Origin: Octopus bimaculoides
Lineage: Eukaryota
Direction: 5' to 3'
Length of the DNA stretch: 39,872 nt
Assembly: GCF_001194135.2 (NCBI RefSeq)
Contig: NC_068989.1
Coordinates: forward strand, 6,428,697 to 6,468,568
Notes under the pieces: model-generated
Told to the model about the DNA's origin: nothing
The model's database searches: none
Seen by the model: only the letters and a program-made list of their open reading frames with translations
Program-made: the position numbers and the translations under genes
Part shown: piece after piece, positions 11,679-23,825 of the stretch
Layout of the letters: every line of letters starts with the position of its first letter
How positions within the stretch are numbered: the first letter of the stretch is position 1

Positions 11679-12232
11679 TACCATATTTACTCATATATAA
11701 GTCAATCTTGTCTATAAGTCACATCCCTAACATAGTGTTAAATCTTGGTACAAAATTTCTTCCTATCATCATTCTATTGTGTTGAGTCAAAAGTTTTGTA
11801 ATATTTTGGATTATTACTCATTCTAATCTCTGCTTCCCTTCCTGAGCTCTTGGCACTAAGAGGAGGTGGAGGCTTCAGTGAAAGAGTTCTTCAGCTTGAA
11901 AGACAAGAGCTGGTATCACCATGGGATCAAAGAACTGGCAGAAAGGTGGTTTTAAATGGCACAACACGATGGCTTCTACTTTGAATGCGAGGCCACTTTT
12001 GTTCTAACTTGATGAATAAGGCACTAATAAATTACTAAAATATTGCAAAATTTTTGACTCAGCACAACAGCTTTGTTCTTTGTGTAAACTGAATCCCTAA
12101 TTAATGTTAAATCTTGGATGAAATTAGTTCCCTTCACGGTTTTAATTTTGCCTTGTGTATAAGTCACATCTCAGTTTTCTCTGTTAAAATGAAATATGAA
12201 ATAGTGCGAATTAGACCTCAGTAAAAATAGCA
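11679..12232. mobile_element. Degenerate pogo/Tigger-like non-autonomous element interrupted by a mariner MITE
   Basis: Left end TA-CCATATTTACTCATATATAAGTC resembles pogo/Tigger TIRs (TACCGTATTT...TATAAGTCG). A weak complementary end lies at 12203-12232. A second TACCATATTT...TATAAGATGCAC end sits at 11619. Confidence 0.4.
11777..12067 (+). mobile_element. Internally deleted mariner element (291 bp) retaining the transposase C-terminus
   Basis: TIRs ttgtgttgagtcaaaagttttgtaatatttt / aaaatattgcaaaatttttgactcagcacaa with TA...CA flanks (decayed TA TSD). 11860-11988 reads EEVEASVKEFFSLKDKSWYHHGIKELAERWF*MAQHDGFYFEC, matching the mariner C-terminal F..K...[FW]Y..GI..L..RW......G.YFE pattern. Confidence 0.85.
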
Positions 12233-12985
12233 ATATGAAATGAGATCAGAATAAACTCTTCCTAGAATGAATTACAATGCATCATGATGTGATGTATGCA
12301 GGGAAGATGCCCTGATTTGAGACCTTTAAATCAATTGCATTGAATTAAAATCTAAGGATCCTAATAAAATGTACATCTGGAACAAAATGGCTGAAAGCAC
12401 TGGAATAAACCCTTAACAACATGCATGCTACGAAAAAGTTGATTCTCAACTCTTCTCTGCTTTAGGACAATAAAAACCGAAACTAGGAAACTATAGTGAT
12501 GGAATAAATGAATTGAAATCGCGTTATAATATTGATTTGGAAAAGTGACTAAAACCACTTGAACTCCCATTTGTAAAAATAACAGAATGCATTGTTCTGG
12601 ATATCATAGCAAAAAAAAAAAAATATATGTTAATAAAATACAAGGTGGGTTTAGAAAAAAGAGGGGAGAAAAACAACCAAAAGGGGCACAAACAACATTC
12701 TGATTTCCCTTCATATTTATCCAAATGTTTAGCTAATTTTATCTTTTAATATAATGCTACTATTATTATTATTATTATTATTATCATTGATATTTTGTTT
12801 TTGTTTACTGATAATTCTTTACTTTTGAAATTTGCCCTTGAACAAACCAATTGCCCTATTTATTACCGTTTACCGTGGTGACTGAAGTAAGACTGGAATA
12901 TAAAAATGAAAGCGAAAGTGAAAGTGATAATGAAAAAGTTAATTTGAAAAAAAATACACAAAGTCTCATACAAATAATACATATA

Positions 12986-13016
<31 letters not shown>

Positions 13017-13151
13017 GTATATATATACTGAATAAAACAAACAAAAAGAACAATATGTATCTCACAGTTTACACACATAAAGCTACAAAACTAGTAGAAA
13101 ATTAAAGTTGCTTTCCTTCATTTATTATTAGCATTGTTATTATCCTTATCC

Positions 13152-13186
<35 letters not shown>

Positions 13187-13863
13187 GTTATTATTGTAGT
13201 TGTTGCTGTTATGAGTGTGGTTATTGTTGCTTTTGTTTTTATTTAAAGATAAGCGCTCTTTAGGCTTTCTCATCAAAACTTATGACTCACTCGACTAAAA
13301 TAGAAATTCATTATAGACTTCAATGGCAGAAAGACAAACAATAATAAGATATATATATATATATATATATAAGGGGAAAAGAAAATAAGGTAAAAAATAT
13401 ATATAAATAAATATTAAATAAACAACTAAAGTAGCAACAATAACAGTAATAAAAAAGACAACAACAGAAACACTGCTACTAATAATAATAACAATAATAC
13501 CATCAATAATAAAAACAATGATAGTAATAACAATAATGATAATAGTAATATTAATAATAATAGCAATTGTGACTGCGATGAGGAGGATGATGATGATAAT
13601 AATAATGGTAGGGAATCAAAGTTTTGATAAATGAAGCAATTTATGAAATGGCGGAAACAGGATTTTTGCTGTTGTTGAAGAAAAAAGAATCAAAAATAAA
13701 AATCAACAAAAAAATATGAATTCAAAACAAAAATTGGAAATAAATGAAAAACCTGATGGAAAAGTGTAAAAGAAAATGGTTAAAAGATAAAGAAAAATCA
13801 ATGAAAAATACAATTAAAAAAGACGAAATTATCTTATGTTTTATTATATTTATNNNNNNNNNN

Positions 13864-14090
13864 ATATACATATATAAATCTATGTATATAGACATGTATA
13901 TATATATACACCCACGCACACATATGTATACATACACACATACACACACATATATGCATATACATACACATGCACACATATATATGTATACATACACACA
14001 CCCACACACATACGTATACATACACACATATATATACACATATACATACAGACACGCACGCATATATATACATATATATATGAATGTATG

Positions 14091-14142
<52 letters not shown>

Positions 14143-14317
14143 CATACACATACATATGCACATATGTATACACATACACTTGCACACATACATACATACA
14201 TATATACACATACACATACATACATATATACATATACATATATATATGAATGCATGTATATATATATATACACACACATATGTATACATACATACATACA
14301 CACATATATATACACAC

Positions 14318-14348
<31 letters not shown>

Positions 14349-14462
14349 TATATATATATATATACACATATATGTACATATAAATATATATATATATATA
14401 CATACATATATATATTTATATATATATATACATACATGTATGTATGTATGTGTATACACACA
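13864..14462. repeat. ~600-bp degenerate TA/CA microsatellite field
   Basis: Direct reading; source of several spurious Y/I/V/C/H/T ORFs. Confidence 0.95.
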
Positions 14463-15164
14463 CAATTTGTCTAATATTTTGAAATTAGCTTTTGATTAGG
14501 ATGTTCATTTTGTTTTCCATTATGTTTTGTAATGTGTGTGTGTGTGTGTGCATGTGTGTATGCATGCATGCATGCGTAAAGGAAGAAAGAAGTGGTTTAT
14601 TCTTTTTTGTCTTTCTTCCTTTCTTACTGAACAGACACACACAAACAAAAACAAAAAACCCCTTAACAACATAGCTGCTTTATCAATATATGGCAGTGAC
14701 TTCCTATCGGGACTTCTTTATATATATACATATATATACATATATATACACACACATCGCCAGTTTCTTTACACTTGGCTACTTCCTTCTTCACACAAGT
14801 CTTACTTCTGGATTTTTCATCATATTTTTCCTTCTCACATTCTTTCTTCCATTTTGTCTGCTTCAATTTCTTCATCTTTCAATTCCTACTCTTTCTTCAT
14901 CTTAATACTCTCAGCTGCTTATACTTCCAACTTTATTCTTCAGTAATCTTCTTCTTCTTCTTCTTCTTCTTCTTCTTCTTCCTCCCTCCTTTTCCACCAT
15001 CTTCTTTTGACCTCAGTTATTTCATGACATCACAATACACTAGTGTTTTTTTTTTTGTTTTTTTCTTCCTTTTTAATGCTTTCAACCAAAACAAGACTTG
15101 AGGCCACTGTGTGTAAGGGACTACAGAGCAGGGAAGGAAAGGGGCCTGCAATTTCAAAAGGTTC

Positions 15165-15410
15165 TCATTTGACAAAATGCTTTTAAAGGTCTGAATATCA
15201 TAGACGAGAGATAAAAGAGAATCTGGACAATGGTCAGGAGATCCAGAGAACATTATTTCCAAGAATGGAGTTATAAGTAGAAAAGGGATTTGAAACAGAA
15301 AATTCAACAGAGAAACAATGCATAAGGGAAGAGAAGTAGGTAACAGGTTCAAAGGGCCTGAGAGAGGGTACTAGACAAGGGAATTCAACAGAATGATGAC
15401 CCTGAAAACA
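15165..15410 (-). pseudogene. Decayed 3' end of a CR1/L2-like LINE ORF2
   Basis: Minus frames give HHSVEFPCLVPSLRPFEPVTYFSSLMHCFSV...NVLWIS and, after a frameshift, PDSLLSLVYDIQTFKSILS. This resembles the LWNSLP..VFP..YDL..FK terminus of CR1-group RT ORFs. Confidence 0.45.
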
Positions 15411-15431
15411 TTTATAGAAGAAAAACACAGA

Positions 15432-15599
15432 TACAGGTGTAGGAGTGGCTGTGTGGTAAGAAGCTTGCTTCCCAACCACATGGTTCTGGGTTCAGTCCCA
15501 CTGTGTGGCACCTTGGGCAAGTGTCTTCTACTATAGCCTCATGCTGACCGAAGCCTTGTGAGTGGATTTGGTAGATGGAAACTGAAAGAAGCCCATTGT
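15432..15599 (+). mobile_element. SINE family 1 head
   Basis: ggtgtaggagtggctgtgtggtaagaagcttgcttcccaaccacatggttctgggttcagtcccactgtgtggcaccttgggcaag...gaaagaagcccattgt. Confidence 0.9.
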
Positions 15600-15611
15600 A
15601 TAAATATATAA

Positions 15612-15795
15612 TCTTTTATTCTTTTAATTGTTTTGGTCATTTGACTGTGGCCATGCTGGAGCACCGCCTTTAGTTGAACTAATCGACCCCAGGACTTATT
15701 CTTTGTAAGCCTAGCACTTATTGTATTGGTTTCTTTTGCCAAACTGCTAGGTTACAGGGACGCAAACACACCAGCATTGGTTGTCAAGCAATGTT
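15612..15795 (-). mobile_element. SINE family 1 tail
   Basis: ggtcatttgactgtggccatgctggagcaccgcctttagttgaactaatcgaccccaggacttattctttgtaagcctag...ggttgtcaagcaatg. Confidence 0.85.
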
Positions 15796-16187
15796 GTCAA
15801 GCAATGGCAAAGGGCTTTTTGTTTTTTATTTGTGTGTGCCTGTTGAGAAAGAAAGGAAGAAAGACAAAAAGAAATAAACCACTTCTTTCTCCCTATACAC
15901 ACACACACACACATATATATATNNNNNNNNNNNNNNNNNNNNNNNNNNNNNNNNNNNNNNNNNNNNNNNNNNNNNNNNNNNNNNNNNNNNNNNNNNNNNN
16001 NNNNNNNNNNNNNNNNNNNNNNNNNNNNNNNNNNNNNNNNNNNNNNNNNNNNNNNNNNNNNNNNNNNNNNNNNNNNNNNNNNNNNNNNNNNNNNNNNNNN
16101 NNNNNNNNNNNNNNNNNNNNNNNNNNNNNNNNNNNNNNNNNNNNNNNNNNNNNNNNNNNNNNNNNNNNNNNNNNNNNNNNNNNNNNN

Positions 16188-16222
<35 letters not shown>

Positions 16223-16709
16223 TATCTCTATCTTTGTGTTTGATTATTTTTATTTCTCCCATGTGTCTGTCCATATGCAAATTACATGCTTGAATAAAAT
16301 ATGAGCCAGAAAAAAAAATTTCCATATATGTGTGAAATTACACATATATCTTTACATACATAAAGCCGACTATTTGAGTGTATAAGCATGCAAAGAGTTG
16401 TGTGTTTAAATATATAAAGCCGTGTTTTATGATCTTCTGTAGTCTTTATATAATGCCAAACCCAAAATATAAAAACAACCAGACAGGTCTGAGCTGTATT
16501 TATAAAAGATGCTAATCTAGAATGTATGAAGATGTCACAGGTGTATTTGTCAGTCTATCTTCACCAACAAAGAATTCTATGCCCTCCACATATTTTTATA
16601 TTCTGATTGTCATTTGTTGTAGATGATAATTTTTGCTTCATTTTAGTGTATTTTCCTTTCAATTTTCAGAATTAAATCCATTTTCTCTCTCTCTCTCTCN
16701 NNNNNNNNN

Positions 16710-16753
<44 letters not shown>

Positions 16754-17284
16754 ACCTCACTTTCTCTCAATTATATTCAAAGCAAGTGACTTCTATTTTC
16801 AATGATATAAGTGGTCTTTAATTGTTCATGAATATAAGTGGGTTTTAATAATTAATGATGTCACTCACATAATTTTTCTAATTAAATAAATGGCTTCATT
16901 TGTTTTGTTGCTATTTTTTTTTCAATTTTTATTGATATAAGTGACTTCAAATATTTTTTTTAATGCTATAAAATTATTCACTCTCATATTTTTGCCTGAA
17001 TAATTGATATTAATCTAGATTTATATAAATTAATTAAGATATCATCTAGATTTAGAAAAACAGTTTTAAAAATCCATTTTTTAACCATCCATGTAAATAT
17101 CTCCTCATAAAACCAATTTTTAATTTTCTACAATCATCTTCCATGACTTATTTACAAATCGCTATTCTCATTTTTCTTCTTTTTCTTAATTTTCACTTCT
17201 TCATATTCTTCTCTTCCACAATCTTCATCTTCATCCAATTCTTTCATTTCTCCAATTATATTTTCCTTCATCGTTTCTCTTTTA

Positions 17285-17490
17285 GCTTTTACATGTTTCA
17301 GTCATTAAACTGTAGCCATGCTGGGGCACCACCCAAAAGAATTTTTAGTCGAATGAATCAACCCCCAGCACTTATTCACCTTTTAAGCCAGGTATTTATT
17401 CTGTCAGTCTCATTTGATGAACTGTTAAGTTATGAAGATGTAAACACACTAACACCAACTGTCAAGCAGTGGTGGGGGACAAACACACAG
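17285..17490 (-). mobile_element. SINE family 1 tail (partner of the head at 18062-18215)
   Basis: tgtttcagtcattaaactgtagccatgctggggcacc...tgtcaagcagtggtggggacaaacacacag, then (TA)n. Confidence 0.8.
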
Positions 17491-17531
17491 ATATATATAT
17501 ACATATATATATATATGTATATAAAAACACG

Positions 17532-17769
17532 AATAATGATATTTTTTTATAAGCTTAGAACTTATAAGCAATCACCGTGTATTGACAAGGATAAATAGTC
17601 CAATACTGGGGCATATAAGCCCTTGATGGAAAAAGGTAGGGTGTGCTATCCTGTGCATACGACAAAACCTACCTTTTTTCCTTCAAGGGCTTATATGCCC
17701 CCAATATTAAACTATCTTTCTTAGCCAATGCATGGTGATTACCTTAAGCTTCTAAAAAATATCATTATT
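17532..17769. mobile_element. Fold-back/MITE-like element, ~105-bp inverted arms and 27-nt loop
   Basis: 17532-17640 (aataatgatattttt...ggggcatataagcccttgatggaaaaaggtagg) is complementary to 17668-17769 (cctaccttttttccttcaagggcttatatgcccc...aaaaaatatcattatt). Confidence 0.85.
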
Positions 17770-17822
17770 ATTATTTACAGAAGTGTAAAATTCAGCACCA
17801 TTTGTCAAATAATCACACACAC

Positions 17823-17857
<35 letters not shown>

Positions 17858-18012
17858 TACATAGAGTTAGTGGTTAGAGTAACTGTCTAAGGGATAAGAC
17901 TATCTGTTATTACTACAGGTGTAAATTACCTGTTAAACCTGGGTTGTACTGAATTTGTTAATCAAAAGTCTTCTCCATTTTCTGCTCATTTTAGAGATAT
18001 ATATATATATAT

Positions 18013-18061
<49 letters not shown>

Positions 18062-18063
<2 letters not shown>

Positions 18064-18215
18064 ACAGATTTCTTTCAGTTTCCCTCTTTCAAATCCACTC
18101 ACAGGGTTTTGGTTGGCCCGAGGCTCTAGTAGAAGACATTTATCCAATGTGACATGCAGTGAAGCTGAACCTAAAATCATGTGGTTGGGAAGCAAGCTTC
18201 TTACCACCCGGTCAC
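18062..18215 (-). mobile_element. SINE family 1 head
   Basis: ttctttcagtttcc...aaatccactcacagggttttggttggcccgaggc...tgtggttgggaagcaagcttcttaccac. Confidence 0.8.
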
Positions 18216-18834
18216 ATCTTCCACATTATTCTTCTATTTCATCTTCCGAAATGTTCTTCTCCTTCCATAATATTCTTCCACCATAATCTTCTATTACTTC
18301 CTCCACCTCCTCCTCCTCCTCTTCTGATATCACCACTTCCTCCACTCTTCCCCTTCCCTCCACTCTTTATCTCTTCCACAAATGAATGAGTGTTTGCTTT
18401 TCCTTCTCTTCTTTCACAATGCTATCAATCCCAGCTAAAAACCGCTCTTGATAAAAAAGAAAAAAAGCAGGTAGTTTGCCTTTTATTATATTTTACCTTG
18501 CTTTCTCAATTTGATGAAAAAAAAAACACAAAAAACCAACAAACAAACCAACCTAAATTCAAAGTGTAACTTCAAGAACACATCCATAAAATAAATACAT
18601 ATATATATTTTTTTTTATTTTATTTCAATACAGTTAGAAGCAATAAACAAGTTACAAAGGTGCAAAGTTTCCGATATTACCGATTTGGTATTTACGGTTA
18701 ATATAAAAACCATGAATACTGATAGTCGAAGACATGATGATAAGGGTTTTATGAAAAACTACATGAAACTTACGGATGATTATGAGGGAAAAAAAATCTT
18801 TCCAATAAAACTTTTTAGAAATTATTCACTCTTT

Positions 18835-18896
18835 GTGCATATATATATATATGATATATAAATATATATATATGCTATATAACACACATATATATG

Positions 18897-18945
<49 letters not shown>

Positions 18946-19487
18946 ATATGACATATATATGTATAATATATATACATATGTATAATATATATATGGTATA
19001 TATTATGTATGTATATATTTACAGGATATATATGATATATGACATATATATATGTATAATATATACATATATATATACACACACATAAATAAGTGTGTGT
19101 ATGTGTGTGTGTATCTATGTATGTGTAGGCATATGTATGTATTTATATATAGTTTCTTTTATAGTAGTGTTAGTTTTGTTATATATTTACGTTGTTTACT
19201 TTTTTTTTTACCGTTTTCATGGCTACTAATCATGGTCACAATAGATAAGGTCAACAAGTATGTGTGTGTGTACATGTGTGTGTACATATATGTATACATA
19301 ATTATATGCATATATGCATGTGTATATGTATGTATATATACACACATGCACAGGCACACACATATATATCTACATATATTTGTATATTTGTAGATGTGTG
19401 TATGCATGTAGATATGATGCATATATATACTTAACATACACATTATACATACATTTATTTATAGATATATTTTATATCTTATGTATG

Positions 19488-19522
<35 letters not shown>
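18835..19522. repeat. Degenerate TA/TG/CA microsatellite field
   Basis: Direct reading. Confidence 0.9.
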
Positions 19523-19987
19523 NNNNNNNNNNNNNNNNNNNNNNNNNNNNNNNNNNNNNNNNNNNNNNNNNNNNNNNNNNNNNNNNNNNNNNNNNNNNNN
19601 NNNNNNNNNNNNNNNNNNNNNNNNNNNNNNNNNNNNNNNNNNNNNNNNNNNNNNNNNNNNNNNNNNNNNNNNNNNNNNNNNNNNNNNNNNNNNNNNNNNN
19701 NNNNNNNNNNNNNNNNNNNNNNNNNNNNNNNNNNNNNNNNNNNNNNNNNNNNNNNNNNNNNNNNNNNNNNNNNNNNNNNNNNNNNNNNNNNNNNNNNNNN
19801 NNNNNNNNNNNNNNNNNNNNNNNNNNNNNNNNNNNNNNNNNNNNNNNNNNNNNNNNNNNNNNNNNNNNNNNNNNNNNNNNNNNNNNNNNNNNNNNNNNNN
19901 NNNNNNNNNNNNNNNNNNNNNNNNNNNNNNNNNNNNNNNNNNNNNNNNNNNNNNNNNNNNNNNNNNNNNNNNNNNNNNNNNNNNNNN

Positions 19988-20035
<48 letters not shown>

Positions 20036-20477
20036 TACCTATGTGTGGGTGGCAGATATGTTTGTGTGTGTTTGGGGTATATATCGTAAGGTAGAAAAAA
20101 CAAATTTCTAAGCCAGGTAAGTAAGTGAAAAGATATCAAAATAAATATCCAGAAATATCCGTAAGAAAACATACTTTCAGAAACTTTGTTTTTTTTATTA
20201 TCTGCACAAATATATATTTCTATACATTAGCACGCACAAAGATTTTCACCTGTGTGTGTGACTACATGTCTGCATATGTGTGCGTGTGTGTGTGTGTGTT
20301 TTATACATGCAAATATATATTTACATATATACAATATATATGTGTATACACTCATATAGATATGCATATAGACATACAAACACTCACACAAGTATACATT
20401 CTCACACACATAACATATATGTTTATGTATAATAATAATAATGATAATAATAATAGTTATTGTAGATTCAAATTATG

Positions 20478-20897
20478 CCACAAGGGCAGCAATTTTGTGA
20501 GAGGGGATGAATCAGTTACATTGACCCCAGTGTTCAAGTGGTACTTATTTTTAGTCGAATGAATCAACCTGAGTGCTTGTTTTTTATAAACCTGGTACTT
20601 ATTCTATGGGTCCCTTTCACTGAACTGTTAGGTTACTGGGATGTAAACAGACCAGCACTGGTTGTCAGGCAGTGGTAGAGAAGTATCACAGGCTCAAAGA
20701 CACATACATATGTGTGCATGCACACAAATACAATGGGCTTCTTACAGTTTCCATTGACCAAATGCACTCAGAAAGCTTTGGTCAGCATAAAGCGGTAATA
20801 GAAGACATTTGCCCAAGGTGCTGCATAAGATTGAACGCTGAACCCAGAACCATGTGTTGGGAAGCAAACTTCTTACCACACAGCCAGGTCTGCACCT
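20478..20897 (-). mobile_element. SINE family 2 fragment (20478-20545) fused to a family 1 copy (tail 20545-20700, head 20730-20897)
   Basis: gccacaagggcagcaattttg...ccccagtgttcaagtggtacttatt, then ttagtcgaatgaatc...ggttgtcaggcagtgg, then acaatgggcttc...cttcttaccacacagccaggtctgcacct. Confidence 0.75.
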
Positions 20898-20899
20898 TC

Positions 20900-21400
20900 T
20901 ATACAAATAATACAAAGAGAGAAGCAGAATCGGATAAATGGAGGTTATGTAGTATGGAAGGGGAGACCGTGACCCATATTGTAAATATCTGTAAAATCAT
21001 TGAACAGAGAGTCTATGAAAAACATCATCACAAACGGTTTATGTTTGCACAGGGGCTTTGTGCAAAAAAAAAAAAATAGAGAAATGTATGGTTGAGAAGT
21101 AGACCAGAAGTAATACTGACAAATAACTGACGGAGACATACAAAATGGATCTGTGAAATGTAATATAGGATTTTACTATCCACACAAATAGAGAGATAAG
21201 AGAATTGCTGACTGGATATTTCTGTGGTTGGGAAATAGGTAAAGAAATATTGCATGATAAATGTAGGCATTCCAGGTGAACCCATGGTATTTAACAAATA
21301 TTATGAGTATATAAATTATTTGTTGCTTTGAATGGAAATTTGAAAAATGTAGGACAGAGTCTGAAGTTGAGCCAACAGTGTCTTATCTGATGGCATATAA
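20900..21400 (+). pseudogene. Decayed C-terminus of an RLE-endonuclease non-LTR retrotransposon (R2/R4/NeSL group)
   Basis: Frameshifted translation gives WRLCSMEGETVTHIVNIC ([C]x2Cx8Hx4C knuckle), WLRSRPEVILTNN, I*DFTIHTNREI, LDISVVGK, MINVGIPGE and L*MEI*KM*. This is collinear with the RPE..L...ILWDF.I.TD..I...RPDI......IIDVAIPGD...EI..MW block of these elements. Confidence 0.8.
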
Positions 21401-22059
21401 AACATGTGTCCAGAAAAATTCGCTGGATTTGACTGATTTGCTCAAAAAACAGGTAAAATATTTGGGCCTGATATGGCTAGTTTCAATGCCAAAGGGTTAA
21501 TGTTTTGCTAACCATTTAATATCCCTTAACTGTAACAAAGCAAGAATTATTATCCATGAATCACCAATATACATTCTTAGAGTAACCAATAAATGAACAA
21601 GCATGAATACACACAGACACACCCTCACATATATACACATCACCAAAAATGCACATATATTCACAAACACATCCACATATATATTTACAAAGAATTATAT
21701 TCATTTACACTTTGTGTTAAAATATGTACAACCTTTCCACAAGACAATTTCAACCAAGCCTGCACAGGACGACGGCTGATGCACAGAATCGAACACACAC
21801 ACACATGGACGTGTGTGCACATACACACACACAATGTGGTAGTGCTGCTGCTGATGATAGTGAATGCCATCATGGGATTTTTTTTAATGTTATTGTGATA
21901 TTGATGATGACGATGACGATGATAATGGTTATGCTGAGAATGATGTAAAAATGTTTGAATTAAACTGATAGAAAAATTGAACAACATTAAAGATTTGCTC
22001 AGTGAAGCGTGAACATTTTATTAAGTCAAAAATGAAAGAAACTGCGTAATTACAATATA

Positions 22060-22090
<31 letters not shown>

Positions 22091-22155
22091 GCACACACGT
22101 CTATATGTACATATATACATACATGTACTTATCTGTCTATCAGTGTGTGTATGTT

Positions 22156-22201
<46 letters not shown>

Positions 22202-22818
22202 NNNNNNNNNNNNNNNNNNNNNNNNNNNNNNNNNNNNNNNNNNNNNNNNNNNNNNNNNNNNNNNNNNNNNNNNNNNNNNNNNNNNNNNNNNNNNNNNNNN
22301 NNNNNNNNNNNNNNNNNNNNNNNNNNNNNNNNNNNNNNNNNNNNNNNNNNNNNNNNNNNNNNNNNNNNNNNNNNNNNNNNNNNNNNNNNNNNNNNNNNNN
22401 NNNNNNNNNNNNNNNNNNNNNNNNNNNNNNNNNNNNNNNNNNNNNNNNNNNNNNNNNNNNNNNNNNNNNNNNNNNNNNNNNNNNNNNNNNNNNNNNNNNN
22501 NNNNNNNNNNNNNNNNNNNNNNNNNNNNNNNNNNNNNNNNNNNNNNNNNNNNNNNNNNNNNNNNNNNNNNNNNNNNNNNNNNNNNNNNNNNNNNNNNNNN
22601 NNNNNNNNNNNNNNNNNNNNNNNNNNNNNNNNNNNNNNNNNNNNNNNNNNNNNNNNNNNNNNNNNNNNNNNNNNNNNNNNNNNNNNNNNNNNNNNNNNNN
22701 NNNNNNNNNNNNNNNNNNNNNNNNNNNNNNNNNNNNNNNNNNNNNNNNNNNNNNNNNNNNNNNNNNNNNNNNNNNNNNNNNNNNNNNNNNNNNNNNNNNN
22801 NNNNNNNNNNNNNNNNNN

Positions 22819-22875
<57 letters not shown>

Positions 22876-22910
22876 GTGTACAGCTTTTTCATTTCAATTT
22901 AATTTCATAT

Positions 22911-23214
22911 GCCTGTGCTAGTGCCTCATAAAAACGCACCTGTTCTGGTGCCACATAAAAAACATTCATGCAGGTGCCACATAAAGAAACCAACTCATGT
23001 CATGCTGGTGGCACGCATGAAACACCTGTGCTGGTGCCACCTAGTAGGCACCCAGTACACTCTGTAAAACGCTTGGTATTAGGAAGGGCATCCAGCTATA
23101 GAAATTATGCCAATACAGACCAGTGGTACCTGGTTTAGCTCCCAGGTTTGCTAGCTCCTGTTGAACCATCCAGCCCATACCAACATGGAAAATGGATGTC
23201 AAAAGGTGATGATC
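22911..23214 (+). mobile_element. SINE-like family R copy with ~25-30-bp internal tandem units
   Basis: Repeated (gt/tt)gctggtgccacataaaaa units, then cacccagtacactctg...attaggaagggcatccagct...cccataccaacatggaaaatggatgtcaaa. Confidence 0.75.
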
Positions 23215-23354
23215 ATGTATTAAACATGAACACACACGCACACACACACAGATATTTTAATCAAATAGAAGTTAAGCTTGCACAATAATCCCATTTGACA
23301 TGTATATCCTTTTTGATATTTATGTAGAGGGGTACTGCTTATTTCAAATTTTAA

Positions 23355-23573
23355 CCCTTTCGTTACTGTATTTATTTTGAGATGCTCTGTTTCTTACAGT
23401 TACTTTAAATATAAAAAAGAATATAGTAAAATAACTTAGTTATCATTAAGCTAGTGTTAGGAACATAAATTGTGACTAAGGTTTGGTGGAAGATTTTAAT
23501 TCAAAACTTTTGAAAACAAGACATTTGTACCACAGAGCCAGAGGTGGTTTCAGCCGGATTGGTATCAAAAGGG
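23355..23573. mobile_element. piggyBac-type MITE, copy 1
   Basis: TTAA (23351-23354) | CCCTTT...AAAGGG | TTAA (23574-23577): TTAA TSD with CCC/GGG termini; 219 bp. Confidence 0.85.
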
Positions 23574-23604
23574 TTAAGAATTGTTTCTCTATTATATATT
23601 TTAA

Positions 23605-23825
23605 CCCTTTTGTGACCATATTTCTGTTGAGATGCTCTGTGTTTCTTTCAATTAATTTTAAATATAACAAAGAATTTAGTAAAATAACTTAGTTATCATT
23701 AAGCTAGTGTCAGGAACATAAATTGTGACTAAAGTTTGGTGGAAGATTTTAATTTAAAACTTATGAAAACCAAACATTTGTACTCAGAACCAGAAGCGGT
23801 TTCAGCCAGGTTGGTTTTGAAAGGG
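23605..23825. mobile_element. piggyBac-type MITE, copy 2
   Basis: TTAA (23601-23604) | CCCTTT...AAAGGG | TTAA (23826-23829); 221 bp, same orientation and clearly homologous to copy 1. Confidence 0.85.

Noticed and set aside
20110-20125. Perfect plus-strand donor CAG|GTAAGT
   Set aside because: No matching acceptor or open exon upstream, which is microsatellite and gap.
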